Part shown: positions 1 to 8,443 of the stretch, piece after piece | Layout of the letters: every line of letters starts with the position of its first letter | Numbering within the stretch: the first letter of the stretch is position 1 | Assembly (NCBI GenBank): GCA_026625185.1 | Contig: CP113000.1 | Coordinates: forward strand, 855,622 to 887,621 | DNA from: Thermodesulfobacteriota bacterium | GTDB taxonomy: Bacteria > Desulfobacterota > WTBG01 > JAGOGO01 | DNA: 32,000 bases | Direction of reading: 5' to 3' | Notes under the pieces: model-generated | Seen by the model: the letters and a program-made list of their open reading frames with translations, nothing else | The model's database searches: none | What the model was told of the DNA's origin: nothing | Program-made: the position numbers and the translations under genes

Positions 1-96
1 TGCCCCCATATCCGCGAGCAGTCTTGTGCCCATAGGTCCTGCATACACCAATGTGAGATCAAGGATTCTTATGCCTTCCAAAAGTTTATATGCCAT
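1..96 (-). CDS. Family III (CaiB/BaiF-type) CoA-transferase, 5' end only; the gene continues past the left edge
   Basis: The reverse complement of 1..96 reads MAYKLLEGIRILDLTLVYAGPMGTRLLADMGA. This is the same N-terminal signature as the neighbouring paralogue (VKVLDFTDEIAGSYCTKLLADFGAEV). An AAGGAGG Shine-Dalgarno (rc of 101..107) sits 4 nt upstream of the ATG (94..96). Confidence 0.75.
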   Translation of the reverse strand, partial: MAYKLLEGIRILDLTLVYAGPMGTRLLADMGA

Positions 97-108
97 TTTT
101 CCTCCTTC

Positions 109-1308
109 TCAGATAATCCTTTGCTCTTTGAGGATGGTCAATTCTTGTTCCGTATAACCCATCGATTTGTAAACCACATCATTATGTTCCCCGAGCAGCG
201 GCGACCTGCCCTTCTTCCCCGGTGTTTCGGAAAGCTTTGCGGGCGCCCCAAAATATGTAACTTCGCCGAGGACAGGATGTTCAACCTTATTAAATGCCTC
301 TCTCGCTTTTAACTGTTCATCCTCAAGGAGTTCACCGGGCGATAGGGTCGGAGAGAAAGCGAGCCTCATCTTCTGAGCCTTTTTCATTACCTCCCACTTT
401 TTATGTTCTTTAAAATATGGAATAAACAGCGCCTCGAATTTCTCAGGTTCTGCAAGGCGAGCCCCAGGTTTTGAAAATAAGGGGTCTTCTTTTAACTCAG
501 GTTTTTCTATTAAATCCGCTATATCGGGGACCGCCCCGATGCCCGGCAGGTTATTTATCCATCCATCCTTGCAAGGGTGGTTCTCCTGCGTCGGAAAACC
601 GTGGATTCCCCAGGGAACAGTGGTTCTGGAAAAACCCATATAGGAATAGTCCGCAGCTATTCCTGCGAGGGTGCTGGCAACACACTCCAGTATGGAAAGA
701 TCGATCCATGTGCCTTTATCTGTCATAGCCCTGCTTAACAGCGAGGCTATGATAGCGGTGGAGGCAACCAACCCGCTTCTGTATTCTGCCTGATGCCCTC
801 CAAGCACACTGGGCATATCCTTTGGCCATCTGGTTTGGCGGGCGGTGAACATTGCCCCGCTTAGACCCTCGGCGATAAGGTTTGTTGCCCGGTAGTCTTT
901 ATAAGGGCCATCCTGACCAAACCAGGTGATGGAGGTCATAATCAGCCTATCATTCAACCCCTTTAATGCTTCATAGGAACATCCCAATTTGTCCATTGCC
1001 CCCGGCGCAAAATCCTCTACCAGAACATCCGAGTTCTTCACTAATTTCTTACATATCTCAACCCCTTTGGGATTTTTCAAGTTTAGGGTTATACTTTTTT
1101 TGTTAGTGTTTAAATAAAAGAATGCACCACTCTTTTCAGGGTGGATTTCATCCTTTAGAAAAGGCCTTTTGCTCCTAAGGTCAGAACCATTGAGCGCTTC
1201 AATTTTTATCACTTCAGCACCAAAATCCGCAAGGAGTTTTGTGCAATAAGAACCTGCAATTTCATCTGTAAAATCCAACACCTTAACTCCAGATAAAGCC
1301 TCACCCAT
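109..1308 (-). CDS. Family III CoA-transferase (CaiB/BaiF/formyl-CoA-transferase family)
   Basis: 399-aa ORF with the canonical opening GVKVLDFTDEIAGSYCTKLLADFGAEVIKIE and a typical length of about 400 aa. GGAGG (rc of 1317..1321) lies 8 nt upstream of the ATG. Its stop is 12 nt before the next paralogue's start. Confidence 0.9.
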   Translation of the reverse strand: MGEALSGVKVLDFTDEIAGSYCTKLLADFGAEVIKIEALNGSDLRSKRPFLKDEIHPEKSGAFFYLNTNKKSITLNLKNPKGVEICKKLVKNSDVLVEDFAPGAMDKLGCSYEALKGLNDRLIMTSITWFGQDGPYKDYRATNLIAEGLSGAMFTARQTRWPKDMPSVLGGHQAEYRSGLVASTAIIASLLSRAMTDKGTWIDLSILECVASTLAGIAADYSYMGFSRTTVPWGIHGFPTQENHPCKDGWINNLPGIGAVPDIADLIEKPELKEDPLFSKPGARLAEPEKFEALFIPYFKEHKKWEVMKKAQKMRLAFSPTLSPGELLEDEQLKAREAFNKVEHPVLGEVTYFGAPAKLSETPGKKGRSPLLGEHNDVVYKSMGYTEQELTILKEQRII

Positions 1309-1326
1309 TTTATTTACCTCCAGATA

Positions 1327-1372
1327 TGATGGGTTCGTAAAAAGCCGAAAAAAAATTTCTACGAACCCATCA
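1327..1372 (-). promoter_or_regulatory. Intercistronic stem-loop with a perfect 13-bp stem between the hydratase and CoA-transferase genes
   Basis: TGATGGGTTCGTA (1327..1339) is the exact reverse complement of TACGAACCCATCA (1360..1372), with a 20-nt loop. On the coding strand the stem ends 5 nt before the GGAGG of the 109..1308 gene. There is no U-tract, so it is not a canonical terminator. A second G5A5TC6 hairpin lies at 1389..1405. Confidence 0.5.
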
Positions 1373-1420
1373 GATATAAATGTTTGACGGGGGAAAAATC
1401 CCCCCTCAAGGCGCTAATAT

Positions 1421-1873
1421 TTAAAACGCTACCTGGGCAACTCCATCCATTACCTGGATTCCCTCTTGTTCTCCTTTAACCTGACAGACAACAATCTTTT
1501 TATCACCCTCGACCTTCTTTTCAGCTACTTTACCTGTATAGATCACATCACCCCCGCCATGCACATGTATCTGAACCGGGGCTATGAGCCTTACATCCAT
1601 CCTTCCTCCGAGAAACCAGGGTTTGTGATCACCGAGCCAGTTTATCACAAACTCTGAAACACCCATCTCTGTCATTACCCCCGGTAATGCAGTATGATCG
1701 GGTTTCATCTTCCAGTCAGATACAGCCGATGCCTGAGATGGGTCCACATGCCAGTTTGGAACCGAGCCCACGATTGCCATTACAATATTTACGTTTTCCT
1801 GCATAAACCTTCTTGCGAAAGGGGTCATTTCATCCCCAACTTTTATTTCATCAAAAGTCAATTGTTTTCCCAT
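1421..1873 (-). CDS. MaoC-like (R)-specific enoyl-CoA hydratase/dehydratase, hot-dog fold, catalytic-type subunit
   Basis: 150-aa ORF. The segment VPNWHVDPSQASA resembles the MaoC hydratase motif (..N.hH.D...A). The size fits a single hot-dog domain. GGAGG lies upstream. Confidence 0.8.
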   Translation of the reverse strand: MGKQLTFDEIKVGDEMTPFARRFMQENVNIVMAIVGSVPNWHVDPSQASAVSDWKMKPDHTALPGVMTEMGVSEFVINWLGDHKPWFLGGRMDVRLIAPVQIHVHGGGDVIYTGKVAEKKVEGDKKIVVCQVKGEQEGIQVMDGVAQVAF

Positions 1874-1893
1874 TTTTTACCTCCTTTAAGTTT

Positions 1894-2388
1894 TTAATAC
1901 AAGGGACGAGGGCCTGATTTTGTGTTAGGCCAAGCACTCAGCCACTGTGAACTATGAATCTTACGGGCAACGAGCTCGCCCTTTCCATTATAGAGTTCAA
2001 TGTTCCAGGAGGCAAATTTCTTTCCCTTCGATGATACAGTCAGGTCATGGACCTTTATCCTGCAGGTTATCATGTCTCCCGCAAAGATAGGCGCATGGAG
2101 CTCAAGTGTTGTTCTGTTATGCATGGTTGGAAATACAGGATTGTTGTTAAGTGACCGCAATAATGCGGGTTCAAAATGCCAGACGTTTACAAAACCAGGA
2201 TGGGCAATTATTGAGGGGAAACCTGCCTTCTGCGCAGCCTCCACATCGCTGTAAACCGGGTCATTACATCCGATAGCAGCGGCAAACATTTTAAGCTCAG
2301 TTTCGGTAACTGCCCAATATGAGGGAGGTGCTTCCCACCCAAGGAACAAATCTTCAAATCTCATTGTTGGAACTACTGCTTGTGGCAT
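1894..2388 (-). CDS. MaoC N-terminal-type (FAS1 dehydratase-region-like) hot-dog protein, probable partner subunit of 1421..1873
   Basis: VTETELKMFAAAIGCNDPVYSDVEAAQKAGFPSIIAHPGF is typical of the non-catalytic N-terminal half of MaoC dehydratases. I place the start at ATG 2388 (MPQAVV...) because AAGGAGG lies 5 nt upstream. The 185-aa version starting at 2451 has no SD. Confidence 0.75.
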   Translation of the reverse strand: MPQAVVPTMRFEDLFLGWEAPPSYWAVTETELKMFAAAIGCNDPVYSDVEAAQKAGFPSIIAHPGFVNVWHFEPALLRSLNNNPVFPTMHNRTTLELHAPIFAGDMITCRIKVHDLTVSSKGKKFASWNIELYNGKGELVARKIHSSQWLSAWPNTKSGPRPLY

Positions 2389-2706
2389 TTTTACCTCCTT
2401 TTGATTTTTTTTCATTTTTTTCACTTGACATTGCCGCATTTGGAAAAACAAAATGGGAATCTCAAGTACATACGATTTTAAAAAGAACTTCTTAGCTTAA
2501 AAATTACTTCCCTTCAAACCTACATAACTATCACCTCCTTAAGGGAACCTTCATAAACTTCTTGATTAATTATCATGTTCAAAAATCACTTGCAAGAAGT
2601 TTTTTTTAAGGTATTTGGTAATTAGGATTGCACCTAAAAATTTCCAAACTCTTTGATATTACTTTGATATTATATATAGCAAGGAGTTGGAATTTTTTAA
2701 AAATTT

Positions 2707-3813
2707 TTAAAAATCAGGAGTCAAAACAATTCGTTTATCAGGGGAACCTGCATGATGAATTTCCTCAAAAACCTTGTTGATCATACTCATGGGTTTCACT
2801 TCCACAAATGATTCCATTTCAATGGTTTTATTCAAAACCATTTCTAATGCTTTGGGGTAATACTTGGGCAGACAGCTCCAGGTTCCAATCATTTCGGCAT
2901 CAAAAGCCATAAGTCGGGAGACCATATATTCAAGCTTTGCCGTGCCATAGCCGACGACAATCAGCTTTCCAATGAAAGAGAGAAATTCCAAACCAATTTC
3001 TTGCCCGGCCCGGGTTCCGGTACATTCAAAAATCTTCCACCCAAAGTTGGAAGGATATTTATTATCTTTACAAGTTGTCTTAAACGCCTCCCTCAAGTCC
3101 TTGACACTTTTACCCTTTGAATTAATCACCTGGGTGGCTCCGAACTTAAGAGCCCTTTGAAGCTTTTCCTCCACAATGTCTATACCCACAACTGCACTGG
3201 CCCCAAATGCTTTGCACATTTGTGTCATATAACATCCTATCCCACCACCAGCTCCAATCACCACGCATAGGTCTCCTTTCTTGACGTCAGCTCTCACTGC
3301 AGCCTGGTAGGGGGTTGAAATGGCATCAGCCACCACCGCTAAATGCTCCAAAGGTATACTCCCCCGATTGCTTACCTCACACAAGTCATCAGCAGGAACC
3401 ACAATGTGGCTGGAAAATCCCCCGTATATGCCGAGGCTGTTTCCCGGCATTTTCTGGTTAAGACATCGGTTATTTCGCCCCGCCGCACAAATGGGGCAAT
3501 TATTACAAGGCATCACTGCAGGGATAATGACCTCTTTCCCAATCATGTTTTCTTTTCCCGCGATGACCTTCCCGCTGATTTCATGACCCAAGGTAAGGGG
3601 AGGTTTTTGCAACGTAGGGACAAAATCGTAAAAATACCCTAAATCAGTGTGACAAACCCCACAACCGGCAACCTCCACGAGAACCTCCCCGGGATTTAAA
3701 GGAGGCATATCAATAGTTTTGCGTTCTATTTTCCCTGGGGTTACCTTCTCTCCTTCTTTTGTCCAGGGTTGCACCATCTGCCAAGTTTCGATTTTGTTTG
3801 GTATCGTTCCCAT
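2707..3813 (-). CDS. Zn-dependent medium-chain alcohol dehydrogenase, resembling 6-hydroxycyclohex-1-ene-1-carbonyl-CoA dehydrogenase (Had)-type hydroxyacyl-CoA dehydrogenases
   Basis: Catalytic Zn motifs GCGVCHTDL and GHEISGKV are present. The structural Zn cluster is CNNCPICAAGRNNRC, and the Rossmann motif is VIGAGGGIG. The string GCGVCHTDLGYFY..KPPLTLGHEISG matches my recollection of Had-like enzymes. The generic ADH call is solid, but the Had-like subtype comes from memory only. Confidence 0.85.
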   Translation of the reverse strand: MGTIPNKIETWQMVQPWTKEGEKVTPGKIERKTIDMPPLNPGEVLVEVAGCGVCHTDLGYFYDFVPTLQKPPLTLGHEISGKVIAGKENMIGKEVIIPAVMPCNNCPICAAGRNNRCLNQKMPGNSLGIYGGFSSHIVVPADDLCEVSNRGSIPLEHLAVVADAISTPYQAAVRADVKKGDLCVVIGAGGGIGCYMTQMCKAFGASAVVGIDIVEEKLQRALKFGATQVINSKGKSVKDLREAFKTTCKDNKYPSNFGWKIFECTGTRAGQEIGLEFLSFIGKLIVVGYGTAKLEYMVSRLMAFDAEMIGTWSCLPKYYPKALEMVLNKTIEMESFVEVKPMSMINKVFEEIHHAGSPDKRIVLTPDF

Positions 3814-3873
3814 GTTTAAACCTCCTTTAAAAAATTATTTTAAACTCATTTCATCTATGAAAAAAAACGATCT

Positions 3874-4317
3874 TTACGTATTAAGGCTCTTCTCCAGATT
3901 TATAAAGTTACTTCGATCAAAACCGAGTGTCTTAAAAAAGGATAAAAGGTCAGTAGCATCCCACCTAACTGTGGTGTAGATATTTTTGATCCCTTTTTCA
4001 ACACAAACCTTGTATATTTCCTGGGCAAGTTTTTTCCCGATTCCCTGACCCATGAATTCAGGATCAACCCCGAATAGCACGATCCATGCACTTTTATTCA
4101 GAAGTCCATAACCACCCGAAATGATATCGCTTATCATAAATCCAACTACCTTACCTTCTAATTCAGCCACAAAACTGACGTCTTCTTCCCTTTCTGCCTG
4201 TTCTTCAAGTACTTGCATACAATTAATGCTGGCTTTGGTTTTGGTAATGGCGGCAAAAATCCTGCTTACATCTTTCGCATCTCCTTTTTCTAATTTTCTT
4301 ATCAGCAGAGCATTCAT
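3874..4317 (-). CDS. GNAT-family N-acetyltransferase
   Basis: The acetyl-CoA binding motif A is present (FGVDPEFMGQGIGKKLAQEI). The size is about 147 aa. I place the start at ATG 4315..4317 (MNALLIRK) because AAAGGA lies 6 nt upstream. The TTG/ATG at 4335/4332 have no SD. Confidence 0.85.
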   Translation of the reverse strand: MNALLIRKLEKGDAKDVSRIFAAITKTKASINCMQVLEEQAEREEDVSFVAELEGKVVGFMISDIISGGYGLLNKSAWIVLFGVDPEFMGQGIGKKLAQEIYKVCVEKGIKNIYTTVRWDATDLLSFFKTLGFDRSNFINLEKSLNT

Positions 4318-4346
4318 GGTCAATCCTTTCATCAACTTATAGGCGA

Positions 4347-4535
4347 TTAATTAATTTTAATTATTTTCACTATTCGCCCAACCCAATCCGGGGGGAGGTA
4401 AACTCTGCCGCTGTTACCACTGTACTTGACCTCCTTCTCAATCATCTCTTCACCATAAACCTCAAACTTAACCTTTGGGGGATGTTCCCTCAAAACAAAA
4501 TCTTTATCTTCAGTTTTTTTATTTTCGTCCGGCAT
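4347..4535 (-). CDS. Small AbrB/SpoVT-like protein (resembles the DUF2080 'putative transposon-encoded' family), candidate DNA-binding partner of the GNAT
   Basis: 62-aa ORF. The C-terminal GNSGRVYLPPDWVGRIVKIIKI has the G-x-S-x-x-V-x-hP-x-x-W-hG-x-x-V-x-h pattern of swapped-hairpin AbrB/MazE-like proteins, and from memory also of DUF2080. Its stop is 11 nt from the first possible GNAT start (TTG 4335) and 29 nt from the SD-supported ATG 4317 annotated here. A strong promoter lies upstream. No SD is visible. Confidence 0.55.
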   Translation of the reverse strand: MPDENKKTEDKDFVLREHPPKVKFEVYGEEMIEKEVKYSGNSGRVYLPPDWVGRIVKIIKIN

Positions 4536-4596
4536 GTTAAAAATACGGAAAACACTATGAGTTAAAATTTTTTCGAATCCCTAATGTTTAAATTAA

Positions 4597-4629
4597 AGCT
4601 ATAATATAGCTACAAAAATAATTTGTCAA
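4597..4629 (-). promoter_or_regulatory. Sigma70-type promoter for the 4535..3874 operon, with a palindromic operator over the -10
   Basis: On the minus strand the sequence reads TTGACA (4629..4624), a 17-nt spacer, then TATTAT (4606..4601). The 15-bp palindrome AGCTATA-A-TATAGCT (4597..4611) covers the -10. Confidence 0.55.
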
Positions 4630-4661
4630 GCTTTTATTTTATTTTCATTAGAGTTGCCCAT

Positions 4662-4675
4662 TTCAATATATTGAA
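4662..4675. promoter_or_regulatory. Perfect 14-bp palindrome TTCAATATATTGAA upstream of the promoter above
   Basis: The sequence is exactly self-complementary and lies 33 bp upstream of the -35. The AT-rich context raises the odds of a chance palindrome. Confidence 0.3.
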
Positions 4676-5057
4676 CGAAAAATTCATTCAGGATGAGGAT
4701 TTTTCATGACGATGGCCACCGGTATACCGTAAATGAACTGTCTCCCGATGCTCTTTTTTTGAACCTTGGACTCAAAATTATCCCTACCTGGAAAATCAAT
4801 GTTTGGTAACTTCTAGTTTTGAGTCAATGATCCTTTTTATTCACCTCCTCTGGTAACATTTAATGTGAGATGATTCGGCCTTTTTTTGCTACGCGTTTTC
4901 GTTTTATGAAAATATTATTATATCGTTACGTTCCAAAATAACCTAAAATTTTTAGAGAGATCCATTTAAATTATTCGCTTTTTAGACATCGTTGGTGTGT
5001 TTTTAAAACCAAGTTTCGGTTTTGATTAATTTGCAAATGACATTTTGTAAATTTTTC

Positions 5058-5086
5058 TTGACAAAAGATATTGTTATAGTTATAGA
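5058..5086 (+). promoter_or_regulatory. Candidate sigma70 promoter for rho, implying a leader of about 370 nt
   Basis: TTGACA (5058..5063), a 17-nt spacer, then TATAGA (5081..5086). A perfect TATAAT at 5131..5136 lacks a good -35, so it is only an alternative. Confidence 0.35.
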
Positions 5087-5455
5087 TTAAAACCACTGAG
5101 GTTAACCCGCCAACGAAGATAATCTCTGTATATAATGTTTTCAAATAAAAAGGCCTATCTTTTGAGTGATCCAAAGAATTTGGATTTCGAAAAAGGAGAT
5201 TTAAAAATTCCTTAAATAGGAGCATAGCTTTATTCTTCCTTGTATGAGGCCAAGGCTAAAAAAAAAATCCAAGCCAAAATTTTTATCTCACAAAAAAAAT
5301 AGACCATCCTTTTGTTAATCAATCAGAATCTCGAAGAGTTTTTTCGAATGGATAGTGTGTCTTCTTTTATCCCAAAAAATAACTTAGCAAAACCGTAAAC
5401 AATGCAGAGCGCGTAAAGTTTTTCTTTATAACTCTCAATAGAAAAGGTCTAAAAA

Positions 5456-6703
<1,248 letters not shown>

Positions 6704-6802
6704 ACTTTAATTGAGAGAAAACTTTTCATACGATGTCACGAAAAGTCGTAGTGATTAACGGTTCGAGAGGCCTTAATAACCATTCTCACAATCCCCCTCA
6801 TT

Positions 6803-6856
6803 CCCCCTTAATTAAAGGGGAAGGTAAAAGAAAATCTCCCCTTTAGCAAAGGGGAG
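6803..6856. repeat. Two adjacent C-tract/G-tract hairpins (CCCCTT-AATTA-AAGGGG and CTCCCCTTT-AGC-AAAGGGGAG)
   Basis: 6804..6809 pairs with 6815..6820. 6836..6844 pairs perfectly with 6848..6856 (9 bp, 3-nt loop). These GC-rich islands sit in the AT-rich rho-rpmE spacer. The same architecture recurs at 31082..31118 and 1389..1405. Confidence 0.6.
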
Positions 6857-7067
6857 TCAGGGCCTGTCCTGGTGCGACTTGACTGGCATAATACGGTAAC
6901 CTAACAAATTACCACTATTTGGCCAGCTAATCTCGCGCTTCAGAAACCCAGGTCTGGGCCAGGGGGGATTTGTAATATATTTTGGCTCGAATTAAAGTAA
7001 AATAAATACTGTAGATACTGCTTTTGAAAAAAGCACTGAAGAGACCCTTGAAAAATGGAGGCAAAAA

Positions 7068-7310
7068 ATGAAAAAGGATATCCATCCCCAATATTTTGAT
7101 ACCACGGTAACCTGCGCGTGTGGGAATGTTATCAAAACTCGCTCCACGCTTAAAGACATCAAGGTTGAAGTCTGTTCTGCGTGTCATAGCTTCTTTACCG
7201 GCCAGCAAAAGTTTATTGATGCGGCCGGCCGCGTGGAAAAATTTCAACGAAAGTACGGCAAAAAAGCAACACCACCTTCGACCGTAAGAAAAAAGAGTAA
7301 AGAGGAATAA
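7068..7310 (+). CDS. rpmE: 50S ribosomal protein L31 (Zn-ribbon C+ form)
   Basis: The opening [20 protein letters not shown]...[25 protein letters not shown] is the L31 signature with four Cys. GGAGG lies 7 nt upstream. It has a Lys-rich C-terminal tail ([16 protein letters not shown]). Confidence 0.97.
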   Translation: MKKDIHPQYFDTTVTCACGNVIKTRSTLKDIKVEVCSACHSFFTGQQKFIDAAGRVEKFQRKYGKKATPPSTVRKKSKEE

Positions 7311-7366
7311 AAGTAATTTGGGGCGAAATCCCAAAATACGCCTGCTCAAATGTGTAATGTGGAATA

Positions 7367-8443
7367 ATGATGTTTCAAAAACTGGAATCAGTTGAAAACC
7401 ATTACAATGCCCTGGCTCAGCGGTTAAGCGATCCGAAGACTTTAGACAATAAGGAAGAATACCGAAAGCTCTCCCAGGAGTATGCCGAACTTACCACGCT
7501 TATTGAAGTCTACCGAGAATATAGAAAAATCGAACAGGAAATAGAAGAAAATCAGAATTTATTACAGGATGATGACAAGGAGATTCAGGAACTCGCCAAA
7601 GCCGAAATTTATGTTCTAAAAGAGAAACGGCAGGAGATGGAGTCATCGCTTAAGGCTCTTCTTTTGCCGAAAGATCCTCTTGACAAAAAAAATATTATCT
7701 TAGAAATCCGCGCCGGCACGGGTGGTGAGGAAGCCGCGCTTTTTGCTTCCGTCCTTTTTCGAATGTATTGCCGTTTTGCCGAAGCTAAGGGCTGGCGAGT
7801 AGAAATAATGAGCTCTAATGCTACCGGATTGGGAGGATTTAAGGAAGTAATTGCGCTCATTGAGGGGCAGAAGGTTTACAGTCATTTAAAATATGAAAGC
7901 GGGGTCCACCGAGTCCAGCGGGTCCCTGCCACTGAATCACAAGGACGCATTCATACCTCAGCGGTTACCGTGGCTGTTCTCCCGGAAGCTGAGGATGTGG
8001 ATATTCAGATTGACCCTAATGCCTTGAGGATCGATGTGTTCCGTTCTTCCGGTCCCGGAGGGCAAAGCGTCAACACAACTGATTCCGCTGTCCGGGTAAC
8101 TCACATTCCGACCGGCTTAGTGGTAACCTGTCAAGATGAAAAATCTCAACATAAAAACAAAGCAAAAGCCTTGAAAGTGCTCCGGGCACGTCTTTTGGAT
8201 CTGGCGATTACTGAACAAAAAAATGAAATGTCCCAGACGAGAAAGACTCAGGTTGGCTCAGGAGATCGAAGCGAGCGGATCCGTACGTATAATTTCCCCC
8301 AAAGCCGGGTTACCGATCACCGCATTGGCCTTACCCTTTATAAGCTCGAATTTATTTTAGAGGGAAATCTCACTGAGCTCATCAACCCTCTTCAAGCGTA
8401 TTTTCAAAGTGAAGCTCTGAAGATGGGAGGTGTGAAAAATTAA
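7367..8443 (+). CDS. prfA: Peptide chain release factor 1
   Basis: The GGQ motif is present ([16 protein letters not shown]). The RF1-type PxT tripeptide (PAT in [14 protein letters not shown]) is present. The length is 358 aa. Confidence 0.97.
   Translation: MMFQKLESVENHYNALAQRLSDPKTLDNKEEYRKLSQEYAELTTLIEVYREYRKIEQEIEENQNLLQDDDKEIQELAKAEIYVLKEKRQEMESSLKALLLPKDPLDKKNIILEIRAGTGGEEAALFASVLFRMYCRFAEAKGWRVEIMSSNATGLGGFKEVIALIEGQKVYSHLKYESGVHRVQRVPATESQGRIHTSAVTVAVLPEAEDVDIQIDPNALRIDVFRSSGPGGQSVNTTDSAVRVTHIPTGLVVTCQDEKSQHKNKAKALKVLRARLLDLAITEQKNEMSQTRKTQVGSGDRSERIRTYNFPQSRVTDHRIGLTLYKLEFILEGNLTELINPLQAYFQSEALKMGGVKN

Noticed and set aside
1894-2451. 185-aa version of the MaoC-N ORF starting at 2451
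   Set aside because: The extra 21 residues (MFFQMRQCQVKKMKKNQKEVK) are low-complexity and are read through the SD of the internal ATG at 2388. The AAGGAGG placement supports 2388.
4971-5225. 84-aa minus-strand ORF in the rho upstream spacer
   Set aside because: It has no SD, an AT-rich low-complexity translation and no recognisable motif. It also overlaps the candidate rho promoter, so it is probably a chance ORF.
5244-5318. 24-codon highly basic uORF (MRPRLKKKSKPKFLSHKKNRPSFC) in the putative rho leader
   Set aside because: It has no SD, and the basic composition simply reflects poly-A runs. I cannot distinguish it from chance without conservation or ribosome-profiling data.
6927-7349. 140-aa ORF on the minus strand
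   Set aside because: It lies exactly antisense to rpmE, which has an unmistakable L31 sequence and its own SD. The translation is low-complexity and Arg/Phe/Leu-rich, so it is an antisense shadow ORF.
7311-7366. Hairpin ATTTGGG..CCCAAAT after rpmE, considered as a terminator or attenuator before prfA
   Set aside because: The stem is short and no T-tract follows. rpmE and prfA are probably co-transcribed.
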